This document shows, piece after piece, positions 52,702 through 64,000 of a stretch of 64,000 nucleotides of DNA. The translations under genes were made by a program, and so were the position numbers. The stretch is from Octopus vulgaris (Eukaryota). The notes below the pieces were generated by a model. It saw only the letters and a list, made by a program, of their open reading frames with translations. It did no database searches and was not told the origin of the DNA. How positions within the stretch are numbered: position 1 is the first letter of the stretch; the number at the start of each line of letters is the position of its first letter. The stretch spans positions 57,164,001 to 57,228,000 of the forward strand of contig OX597820.1 of NCBI GenBank assembly GCA_951406725.2, given 5' to 3'.

Positions 52702-53429
52702 CCATGTGCACACATGCACATACTCATACATAAAGACAGATACGCACACATACATCTATACCACGCTCAACAGTTTGGGCTAATGAATTAGAAAATCAAG
52801 CAATAACTCTTTCTGTGCATTTCTTGAAACTTTATATATGCCTCTTACAGTGGCTCTGTGGGAGCCTGTAGTGGCCTGCAGTGATCACGAACAATTATTG
52901 ACCTGTCTTAATTGATTTTTTATTCCATCCGTCATTGTTTTAATGATGAAATGTTAGTTTAGTTCCTTTTGCGTCCATTTGGAACAAAACAGTCTTCATT
53001 TCATTTGGTCTGCATTTCATCACTTGATAGCATTTCATACAATACAGCTTCTTTTTCCAGTTGCTATTTATCCCCAGGTCAGCTACTTTTCAAGCAATCC
53101 TATGATCAATAAGCATTATACCCATGTCTATCCAATTTTTTGTTTTCCTCTTTCTTATATTTATATATATATATATATATATAAAAACAGACTGAAGTTA
53201 GGCAATGCTTAGCATGGTTGTGTGGTAAAAAACTTTCTTTGCAACTAGATGGTCTCAGGTTCAAGTTCATTGTAAGTCACCTTGAGCAAGTGACTTCTGA
53301 TTCTGCCATGGGTCAACTGACACAAATCTTGTCAGGTATTCACTGGTTTTAACAACTTTGCCAATTAGCTGCCTTCATATAGATATTACTATATTACTTT
53401 CTATTTACTGTTCCACTAAAGTAAGATGA

Positions 53430-53752
53430 GGAGGCGCAATGGCCCAGTGGTTAGGGCAACGGACTCGCGGTCGGAGGATTGCGGTTTCGATTCCCAGACT
53501 AGGCGTTGTGTGTGTTTGTTGAGCAAAAACACCTAAAGCTCCATGAGGCTCCAGCAGCGGGTGGTGGCAACTCCTGTTGTATTTTTTTGCCCCAACTTTC
53601 TCTCACTCTCTCTTCCTGTTTCTTGAGTAATGCTGCGATGGACTGGTGTCCTGTTCTGCTGGGGTGGGGGAACACATACACCACAGAAACCAGAAAACCG
53701 GGCCCATGAGCCTGGCTAGGCTTGAAAAGTGCAACATAAATAAATAAATAAA
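53430..53752 (+). mobile_element. tRNA-derived SINE, family D
   Basis: A box TGGCCCAGTGG, B box GTTTCGATTCC, (AAAT)n tail, 10-bp TSD AAAGTAAGAT. Confidence 0.88.
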
Positions 53753-53827
53753 AAAGTAAGATCAACAAAAACAGTACTCCATCCAGCATGAGATAAAAAG
53801 AATTTAGTATATAAATATAATTTAATG

Positions 53828-54002
53828 TAAAGAAAACAGAAAATGGAGAAATATAGATGAACAGCAATTGACTTACATCAATTATTATTTATTAATTCAA
53901 TACAAATAGACTGCATTCCATCTATTGTATTGAATTGATAAATAATAATTGATGTACATCAATTGTTGTTGATCAATATTTCTCCATTTTCTGTTTTCTT
54001 TA
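53828..54002. repeat. Long hairpin (~82-bp arms, 10-nt loop)
   Basis: 53828-53910 pairs with 53921-54002. Confidence 0.92.
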
Positions 54003-54244
54003 AATTTTGATTCCGGATAAACTCATGTTTATATCTGTCTTCATCTATAATTTATGAGCATAATATGTTTGTATATGTATGCCCATGGTTAAACATAGGT
54101 AATATACCAGTAGTATAATGGATACTTCGATTCCTTACATGGTTATTTTAACCTCTAAGTCAGCTAACCTATAATTTAATATATAAATATAATTTAGTAT
54201 ATAAATATAATTTAATATATAAATATACTTTAATATATAAGTAG

Positions 54245-54596
54245 GCAGTGGGGCTCTGAAAGGGGTCTCAGGGAGTAGCGTCCTTGCCTTCTTGAGCTAG
54301 TTTTCCACCACTTTTCTTAAAAATCACGGTAGAGGCCTTGGTCTTGGGACCACTCATGTGTAGAAAATGAGGCTGGGGGTAAGCCAGAGCATGCTCCCCA
54401 TAGAAAATCCAGCTCCAAAACAGCCTCATGATAGCAAAAGAGAATGAGTACAAGCTAGCCAGGCAGCCAGCCCAAAGGTTGGGGTGGGCTGCATCTGCCT
54501 ACCTCTGTAGCTATAGCATTGAGGTAGATTTGGCCACCAACATTAATGGGGACAAAACCTAGATTTAAAACTGTGGATGATGATGATGATGATGAT
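54245..54596 (+). mobile_element. (GAT)n-tailed retroelement end, second RTE-type family
   Basis: Homologous inverted copy at 56215-56585. Confidence 0.75.
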
Positions 54597-55382
54597 ATAA
54601 ATATAATTTAATATATAAATATAATTTAATGTACACAGTATAAAGATATGAGCTATTAACAGTTTCTTGCTTTGGGGATGCAGTTCTAGGTAGGTTTCTA
54701 TAATATACCTTGTGTCTCCGAGCAATCCTTGGGCTCTGAGCACATGGTCTGCTCAATTTGCAAATTGAACAGGCCCTGTGCTGAGAATCCTCATTTACAA
54801 ATTGAATAGACCAAGTGCTTAGAGCCTGAAGATAACTTAAAGACATAAGGAATGTTATAAAAACCTGCCTAGACGCATGTCTCCAATGCAAGAAACTATC
54901 AGTAGCTTACATATTTATACTGTGTACATCATCATCATCATCGTTTAACGTCCGCTTTCCATGCTGGCACAGGTTGGACGGTTTGACTGAGGACTGGCGA
55001 GCCAGATGGATGCACCAGGCTCAATATTTATATCTCTTGCTGGATGGAGTACATTTTTGTCGATCTTACTTTAATGGAACAGTAAACATAAAGTAATATC
55101 TAGATGAAGGCAACTAATTGGCAAAGTTATTAAAGCCATAGCAAATATCCTACAAGATTTTTATCAGATGTCTGCACTCTGAGTTCAAATCCTGCTAAAG
55201 TCACCATTGCTTTTCATCTCTCCAGGGTCACTAAATGATATTACACTTTGTATATTTTTCCCTTTTTAGAACACATCTCTACCTTTGTGTGTGCATTGTG
55301 CAACATTATACATTCACTAACAATCTGATTGACAACTATAACCTAGACAAGATTTGCTATCACGATGTAACATGTAAATAAA

Positions 55383-55850
55383 TCATCATCATCATCATCA
55401 TCGTTTAACGTCCGCTTTCCATGCTAGCATGGGTTGGACGATTTGACTGAAGTCTGTCAAACCAGATGGCTGCACCAGACTCCAATCTGATCTGGCAGAG
55501 TTTCTACAGCTGGATGCCATTCCTAACACCAACTCCAAGAGTGTAGTGGGTGCTTTTATGTGCCACCAGCATGAGGGCCAGTCATGCGGTACTGGCAATG
55601 GCCACGCTCAAATGGTGCTTTTTATGTGCCACCTGCACAGAAGCCAGTCCAGTGGCTCTGGCAATGACCTCGCTTGAATGTTTTTTCATGTGCCACTGGC
55701 ACAAGTGCCAGTAAGGTGACACAGGTAATGATCACGCTCGAATGGTTCTTTTTATGTGCCATCGGCATGGAGGCCAGCTTGTTGCTCTGGCAACGATCAC
55801 GCTCATATGGTACTCTTAGCGCTCCAGTAGCACGGATGCCAGTCATCAAA
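55383..55850 (-). mobile_element. RTE 3' UTR fragment with five repeat modules
   Basis: Same subfamily as 43430-43910. Confidence 0.85.
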
Positions 55851-56211
55851 TATAACTAACACACATGCAGGCCAACAAAATATATATTATGTATCATTCA
55901 AACTTGTGAAGTGTAATACATAAACACAAACTAGATGACCAAGGATAATACATAGAATGAATTCCTCAAGCTAGGCAGACCATTTTAGATATAACATAGA
56001 CTGACTAAATGTAACAAGACTCACTTACCATAAATATAAATATAAAACAAATGACCAACATGACATATAAAAACTAATATTGTTGAACAACAGAAATGTA
56101 TATAATCTTCTGATTAAATATGGTAAACATTATCAGTCTGGTTGAGCAATATACCAGACAAGTCAGTAATGGAGTTTTATGTGGTCGTTTGACCCACTAG
56201 AAATAATTGGT

Positions 56212-56214
<3 letters not shown>

Positions 56215-56251
<37 letters not shown>

Positions 56252-56585
56252 TATCATCATCATCATCCAGTGTTTTAAATCTGGGTATTGTCACCATTAA
56301 CAGGGATGGACAGATCTACCTCAATGCCATAGCAACTGAGGTAGACAGGTGCAGCCCACCCCGACCTTCGGGTTGGTTGGTGCTCATTCTTCTTTGCTAT
56401 CATGAGGCTTTTTGGGGGCTGGAATTTCTACGACGAGCATGCTCTTGCTTACTCCCAACCTCATTTTCTAGACATGAGTGGTTCCGAGACCAAGGCCTCT
56501 ATCATGATTTTTAAGAAAGGTGGTGGGAAACTAGCTCAGGAAAGCAATGACGCTACTCCCTGAGACCCCTTTTGGAGATCCCCTG
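56215..56585 (-). mobile_element. (GAT)n-tailed retroelement end
   Basis: Reverse-complement homolog of 54245-54596. Confidence 0.75.
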
Positions 56586-56639
56586 TCTATATTCATATCA
56601 CACCCTATTTGTTTGGATAAATAAAAGGAAGGTCACATT

Positions 56640-57093
56640 TTAAAAAATTTTGGCACAAGGCCAGCAGTTTTGAGGGTAGGGTCAAGTCGATAACATTGAT
56701 TTCAGTACTTGACTGGTATTTATAGGTTATTGGCCCCAAAAAGATGAAAGGCAAAGTTGATCTTGGTGGGATTTGAACTCAGGATGTAAAGAGCTAGAAG
56801 AAACGGTGCTAAGCATTTTGTCTGATGCAACAACTATTCTGTCAGTTTGCTGTCTTAACGAAAACAATAACAATATTGATTTCAAATTTTGGCACAAGGC
56901 CAGCAGTTTTGATATCATCAACCCCAATGTTTGTCGTGTACTTATTTCATTGATCCCAAAAGGATGAAAAGCAAAGCTGACCTCAGCAGAATTTGAACTC
57001 AAAATGTAATGAACTGGGAGGAATGGTGCATAGCATTTGCTCTGACACAGTAACAATTCTGCCTGCTTGACACCTTAATAATAATGATTGCTG

Positions 57094-57131
<38 letters not shown>

Positions 57132-57420
57132 CCTTTCTACAATAGGTGCATGCCTGAAATTTTGGGAGAAGGACACAGTGCTCAACTTATGTTATTGACC
57201 TCAAAAAGATGAACCACAAGGTTAAACTGTCAAGGTCGACTTTGCCATTCATTCTTTCAGAGTCGATAAAATAAATACCAGTCAAGTACTATGGTTGTTG
57301 TAATCAACTCTGCTCATCTCCCCAATCATAAATTTTCATAATAATAATAATAATAATGATAATGATGATGATGATGATGATAAATCTAGGCTCAAGGCCA
57401 GGGAATTTGTGGAGAGGGGA
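56640..57420. mobile_element. Cluster of diverged SINE family B copies
   Basis: Repeated GGCACAAGGCCAGCAG / AAAAGATGAAAGGCAAAG / TTTGAACTCAG blocks. Confidence 0.75.
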
Positions 57421-59584
57421 AGAGTTGGTATACATACCTTATTAGTATTTCCTCTTATGTCCTACATACTCAGGGAATGCATTAAAGCCCTTTTCGGGGC
57501 TACTTTATTTGAATTCTTACTATCAGGTAACTAATTTCATTTTATTACATAACTGACTTCATAATTTGTGTATTCATAACTTATCGGGGATTCCTAAAAA
57601 TAAGATCCTGTGTATTTTCTGTAAATGCACAGAAACCATTTTAAGGGCTTCATACTTTGTATCGTTGTTATTGGATTAGCAAAACAATTATGAGAATGGA
57701 ACCAAGAGATAAGTCCCGCTTTCCTGGTACATCAGCTAGTGCCAAATAAGCAGCTCTTAAATGACTGGTAAAAACGTCTCAAACCCAAGGAACTCACTCT
57801 TGTACATTACTGTTAATTATAACAAGCCAATCAGAGAACCTTTATATGGGCATTTGCTCAGCTTGATACAGCAGTTAAATCACCTTCAACTTATATGCTA
57901 CAATCTTGAAAAAGGGTGAACATATGGGTTACTGTAGTCCTACATATGCAATGTCCAAGTTAAGGATGGGATGATCCTAGCTGGAACATCTTTAACAACA
58001 GCAACAATTGATAATTATCAAATCTCTGAGAGTGAAACGTAAACTCAATCCCATTAAATGTTTTGAATTTGTTTGGCACCGTATTGTTTCTGCTAACAGA
58101 ATGCTTTTACCTTTAGATCTTTCACCTTAAACAATTTAAAGCAAGTAAAGTATTGATTTTTAACCAGCCTCCAAGGATCAAACATAATGTTTCTGATTAA
58201 AAGCACATTACTTGTGATGTAAGGAACCTTTGAGGGCGATCTTTGATGGGCTGAATTTAGAATATTTAATTATTCACTCACAAAACCCTGTTGTATTAAA
58301 TTTGTTTTTTTTTCTTCTTTATAGTTAAAAGTAAAATGTTTTTTTATATTTTTACTTTCCCTTACATGCAGGCTTTGATAGTTTTACAAATTTATACATT
58401 TGCTGATTATTTTCTTTTTACTGGGGGATCAACTTGACATGTTTAATCATTCAAATCACATCTGTTAAGCCCCAGGTAGACTCTAATTTAGAAGATTTAC
58501 TATCCAAGTTTTATCCATCCATATCTCTTCTTGTATTCTAGATGTCCTTCTTCTTTTTGCTTAACACAGCAAAATCTGATTTGAAAAAGATTTGGTTGTT
58601 GTTTCCAGTAATTTTAGTGACCATGTAGAAGTTTTATCATTGGTTCAATAGCTGTTATGTTGTTGATAACAGAAAAGGGATACCAAATCAAGTACAACTT
58701 GGTATCTTGCTACCAAAAAATTCATCTATCTGTACCTTTGGCAAGGCTTGAACTCATTCGTGATTGTCATCAAATGCCATTATATTGCTCTGATAAAATA
58801 GATGTACAGTAAATTGAATGAAATATCTATTCACTAAAACTCTGCATCGGTGATATCACAGTAAATTATCGTTCCATACATCCACATACATCCTCGTCTC
58901 CCCCACACTAGATAACCATTTCCTTCATATTACTATAATAATACTACAGCACCTACTTCCACTCCCATCTCACCCAACAATTCTCTGATTCCCTTCCTTC
59001 AGCCACCACCAGCAGCCTAGAAAACCACTTTGAAATTTGACAGCAAAAAAAAAAAACCAAAAAAAAAAACAGAAAAAAAAGACAAAAATGTCCTATTGAG
59101 AAATCATTAAAAGAGGAAAATATTTTACAAGTAATTAAAGAAAACAAACAAGACGTACGGAAAGGTAGAAAGGACAGAAGGAAAGAAAGGAGGAAAAAAT
59201 GCAAGGAAAGAAGGGAGGAAGAGAGAAAAATATGTCTGGAAGAAAGCTAGTCATTATAAATAATTGGTTACAAAACTACTTGTAGGGAAAATATAATGAA
59301 TAGGTTTGGTGTAGATTTGAGCAGCCCTTAGATTTGCTTGTTTTCTTTGTCTTTCTTTCTTTCTTGTCTTTTCATGTTTATTCATGAATCCTTGTGTTTA
59401 TTCAAACTATATATATATATATATGGGTATATATGCATACAAACACACATATTTATGTATGTGGATGTATGTGTGTATACACATTCATGAATATAACACA
59501 AATATGCATAGATATGAATACATAGCTATGTACAAGTGCATGTGTGTATGTGTATCTTTCTCTCTCTCCCTCTCTCTTTATATT

Positions 59585-59661
<77 letters not shown>

Positions 59662-60037
59662 ACATGTATGTATGTGGTCTTGTTTATTAAGAGTTGCAAC
59701 AATTCTTTTTTTCTCTGCTATACACATGTCACATGCTTCATTTCCTATTTGGTAGGCTTTGGATCTTTCCAGGATTTTAAATTTAATGCTATAGTTTTGA
59801 AACCTTTGCTCCTAATTTCCACAAGTAGTTTGCCAATTTTGTAGTGTGTTTTTTGTTTTATTCTCTGGGTTTAAAGGAGTTAAAATAATTAAAAACTCTT
59901 AGTTTCAATTTTCAATCTGGGTGACATTTATTCTACTTGGATTGCATAAACTCTCTTCTATCACATTCAATAACATAATTGACTTATTTGAAACCTATGA
60001 CCAGCTGTATCATTGTTCAGTAAAATGCATTATATAA

Positions 60038-60446
60038 GGTGTAGGAGTGGCTGTGTGGTAAGTAGCTTGCTTACAAACCACATGGTTTCACGTTCAGTCC
60101 CACTGTGTGGCACCTTGGGAAAGTGTCTTCTACTATAACCTAGGGCTGACCAAAGCCTTGTGAGTGGATTTGGTAGACGGAAACTTAAAGAAGCCCATTG
60201 TATATATGTATATATATGTATATGTATGCATGTGTGTATATGTTTGTGTGTTTATGTTTGTCCCCCCAACATCGCTTGACAACCGATGCTGGTGTGTTTA
60301 CATCCCCGTAACTCAGCGGTTCGGCAAAAGAGCCCGATAAAATAAGCACTAGGCTTACAAAGAATAAATCCTGGGGTCAATTTGCTCGACTAAAGGTGGT
60401 GCTCCAGCATGGCCACAGTCAAATGACTGAAACAAGTAAAAGAGTA
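60038..60446 (+). mobile_element. SINE family A, full length
   Basis: Head, microsatellite and tail. Confidence 0.92.
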
Positions 60447-60549
60447 AACATTAAACTGAAAAGTATTTAAATCTTGCTGCTATATAAATAATTATTTTCG
60501 TTTCAACCTTTCTCTTATTCTTATTCTTTGCACATCTCTTTTTGTCTAG

Positions 60550-60769
60550 GTTACCTGTATGTTCATTGGAGAATTCTGTTGCCTTTTTGTCTACTATCTG
60601 GTGAGATGGGCCAGATACTCAGATGCACCAATTGATCGAGATGGCGGGAAATTCAATCCATTGATCTTTTTTCCAGCAGCACTTCTTGATCTAATACAGA
60701 TGGTTCTGTTCTTCTTGGGAATCAGTTTAGTATTATTCATTCAGATTACACCTTTTCAACTGATGAAAG
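60550..60769 (+). CDS. SLC35F6-like: Internal coding exon of a solute carrier family 35 member F6-like transporter
   Basis: Polypyrimidine tract plus AG (60548-49) and GTAAGC donor (60770); VTCMFIGEFCCLFVYYL...FNPLIFFPAALLD...PFQLMKG parallels SLC35F6 MFLGEFSCL...FNPLLFLPPALCD...SFQMLRG. Confidence 0.85.
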
Positions 60770-60919
60770 GTAAGCCACGTTTGTGCTTGCATTTATTTAT
60801 TTATTTAATGAATTAATTTAATTATCTCATCATTTATTTTGTGTCTTTTACTAATGGTTCCTGTGGAGCATTTTAACCTTTCAGGATTTAGATTACTCTC
60901 TCAAATGTGTTAATCTTTC

Positions 60920-61230
60920 TGTTATAATGACAAGGGTCCCTGTTAATCCGATCAATAGAACAGCCTGCTTGTGAAATTAACATGCAAGTGACTGAGCACT
61001 CTACAAACACGTGTACCCTTAATGTAGTTCTCAGGGAGATTCAGCGTGACACAGAGTGTGACAAGCCCGACCATTTGAAATACTGGTACTGTTCATTTTT
61101 GCCAGATGAGTGGACTGGAGCAACATGAAATAAAGTGTCTTGCTCAAGAACACAATGCATCACTGGGAATTGAATTCACGACCTTAAGATCATAAGCTGA
61201 ATACCCTACCCACTAAACCACATGCCTTCA
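60920..61230 (-). mobile_element. SINE family C, possibly within a degenerate TTAA-flanked MITE (~60873-61431)
   Basis: Homology to 4408-5100. Confidence 0.82.
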
Positions 61231-62586
61231 CCTGTCAAACGTAATGTTTATTTATTCACATTGTTTTCAATTAAGCATGCATTATTCTGTAATTTTGAAA
61301 TGTCAGTGATGTCTGTTTATCTTTAGAATGACATTGTAGGGTAGGTGTGACTTGCCAGATCTGGCTAATTCGAGCATCAAACAAGTAGGGTATATATGCT
61401 AGATGTAGCTGATTTAAATTGTAAAGCATTAAGCTTGTAGTTTTTCTCAATAAACCAGTTTCATTCAGGAAAAATATCACAGAAAATGTATCTGTTTTTA
61501 CATGTTTGTCCATTCTGGGTACTTTCATATGCAACTTCAAATGCTTACTGACCATAGAAGCATTCTGTCTTCTACATCATTTGAAGAGAGATATAGTTTT
61601 CCAAATAGAGCCTTCTGTATTGGAAGACTTACAACAATGTAAGTTCATGCATATTTCTTAAAATGTTATGTATCAGAGGTTAGCTAATTCTATCTCTTCT
61701 TTCACTCAATAGACTTCTCTTTGTTGCAGCCGAAATAATTCACAATTCGTATGAATTATTTAGAATGTTTAAGGGAAAATACCTTTCTAATACCAACTGT
61801 GATGTAGCCAGAACGTGTATGTGCATGTATAAATGTATGTGTATGTATGTATATGTGCATGTGCAAGTCTGTATGTGTATTTGTGCGTGTGTATGTGAGT
61901 GTGTGTGAGTGTGTGTGCGTGTGAGTGTGTGTATGTGCATCTGTGTGTGTGTGTATTTGTATGAGCGAGTATGTGCATGTGTGCATTTGTGCATATGAGC
62001 GAGTATGTGCATATGTGTGTGTGTGTGCATGTATGAATCTTTGTGTGTGTATGTGAGTATGTGTGTGTGTGAGTGTCTGTGCATGTGAGTGTGTGTATGT
62101 ATGTGTGTGTGTGTGTGTGAGTGCATAATTCAGAGAGGTACAAAATCAATTTTGTTGCAAGTTTTTGATAAAACTAATTTTTTCCCCACCTGTAGAGAGA
62201 CTGGGAACTGCAGAGATTGAAATAATGCCATGTACTGAATTTACAATATGTTCTTGTGCACACCCAGACATGGAATGGCACTTGTGGGATTCAGTCTGAG
62301 AGAACAACTTTTTCTAAAAGACTTTGTATGTTAAAAATATAACATTCTTCAAGTGGTGCCAAACAGACTTTCAGGCATCAGTAATTTGGTGTGATATCAT
62401 TATCTCAGAAACAGATGCCACCTGGCCCATTTGAAGTTAGGAACTTCTGTTCTATATAAAAAATTTGTATGTTGAAACACCGGTGTCTAATAGTCTGCTG
62501 ACATCATTTGGAGCATGTATTTTTAACTCATACAGTCTATTAGATGATGCTTTCCAAGTGAGTGCCTTTCCATGCTTGTGTATATA

Positions 62587-63829
62587 AAGGTGTTGGACAA
62601 AATAATGGAAGCATTACAAACAAATTTATTTTAATATGGGGTAGGACTGCCTTTGGCAGTAATTACAGCTTGAATTCTATGAGGTATGGACTTGTACAAA
62701 GTTTGAATTGTTTCCAAAAGAATTTTTGTCCATTCTTCAGCTAAAACAGTCTCCAGTTCTTGTAGTGATGATAGTGGAGGATACTGACTCCTTACTTGTT
62801 TTTCTAAAATGCACCATAAATGTTCAATAATATTGAGTTCTGGGGACTTTGGTGGCCAGGTAAGATGTTCAACTTCACTAGAATGTTCCCTGTGCCATTC
62901 AGTAACAACTTTAGCTGTGTAAATTGGAGCATTATCATCCTGAAAGATTGCATTTCCCTCCAGAAACAGTTTCGCAACCATAGGATGTATTTGATCAGAT
63001 AAAATGCTTAAATAGTCTTGACTGTTAATTCTGCCAAGAAAGGAAACCAATGGGCTGGTGGATTTCCAAGATATAGCCCCCACCTAGATCATCACAGATC
63101 CTCCTCCATGTTTAACAGTTGGAAGAAGGCAGTCTGGTCAAATGCTTCTTTTGGCTGGTGGTTGGAAATAAGGTAAATAATGACTCGTCCAAGAAAATAG
63201 CATTCTGCCATTGCTCTAGAGACTAATTCTGTAAGTTTTTACTCCACTCTAAATGCTTTGCAACGTTTGTTTTTGAAAGTAGTGGTTTTCTACTTGCAGC
63301 CCCCACCCGTGAAATCCGGCTTTGTCAAGCTCCCAGCGAACAGTTTTTGTGGAAACTGGGTTCTCAAGGTGGTCATTAAGCTCTGCCGTAATTTTGGGAG
63401 CTTTTGTGATCCTTTCTAACAATTCACATGAGAGTCCGATGGTCCCTATCTGAAAATTTTGGTTTTCTTCCGAAATTTTGTTTCAACAAGGAGGTTTTTC
63501 CCTTTTTCTCAAAGGCTGTCATTACTTTCGAGTCAATACTTCTTGATACACCAAACATTTTGGCTGTTTTCTGTATGCTAGTGCCTGCCATACGAACACC
63601 AACAATTTGACCTCTTTGAAAGTCTGATAGATCTGTCATTTTAATGAATTTTAATTACCTTTTTCTGATGATATCTTAAAAGAAACAGCAATTTCAACAA
63701 AATATATTAAGCAACACTAATAATAAATAAAAAAAATATAAAAATAAACAAGATTTTGACAGTTTTATAGATATTTCAAAATTATGATGTTATGATGCTA
63801 GGTGTTTCCATTATTTTGTCGAACACCTG
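62587..63829 (-). mobile_element. Tc1-like DNA transposon with DD36E spacing, decayed
   Basis: ~27-bp TIRs (C/A)AGGTGTT(G/C)GACAAAATAATGGAA; MTDLSDFQRGQIVG N-terminus; FQDDNAP...WPPKSPELNIIEHLW; frameshifts. Confidence 0.9.
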
Positions 63830-64000
63830 AATGAAAATATATGAATGTGTTATAAATGATGCATGCATCATTATTTTAATTTTTGACTCTTGACATTATG
63901 CAACAAAATTGTCAAAGACTGAATTTGCATGTTTATAAATCTGATCATTAAAAACATATTCTGCTGGGATTTGACCAGCAAACTGGTAGATTTTCTGTCT

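Noticed and set aside
53430-53510. tRNA gene calls at SINE heads
   Set aside because: A/B boxes are present but there is no complete cloverleaf; the sequence continues into a SINE body with tail and TSD
61730-61815. Possible next SLC35F6-like exon after TTGTTGCAG (AEIIHNS...)
   Set aside because: Lacks the expected hydrophobic helix and runs into a microsatellite; unsupported without transcripts

Overview
AT-rich, microsatellite-saturated eukaryotic (animal) DNA. The repeat complement (tRNA-headed SINEs with an internal (TA)/(TG) tract, RTE LINEs with (GAT)n tails) looks like an octopus/cephalopod genome; that is inferred, not proven. Almost all of the window is intron or intergenic repeat. 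It holds one near-intact RTE-clade LINE (1055-aa APE-RT ORF with a PHD-like finger) and many 5'-truncated RTE and CR1 ends. It also holds fossil Penelope (GIY-YIG), Tigger/pogo, DD37D and DD36E Tc1/mariner elements, a Helitron cluster, and several SINE families, often nested. The only convincing host coding sequence is one divergent SLC35F6-like exon (60550-60769). The most notable unexplained signal is a set of minimal type I hammerhead ribozyme motifs in at least three distinct short non-coding element families. One of these is a tRNA-headed, SINE-like element carrying a hammerhead. Alongside them are several fold-back insertions and a tandem pseudoknot-like module in the RTE 3' UTR. Most short ORFs in the supplied track are microsatellite artefacts. 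Coordinates of degraded repeats are approximate.
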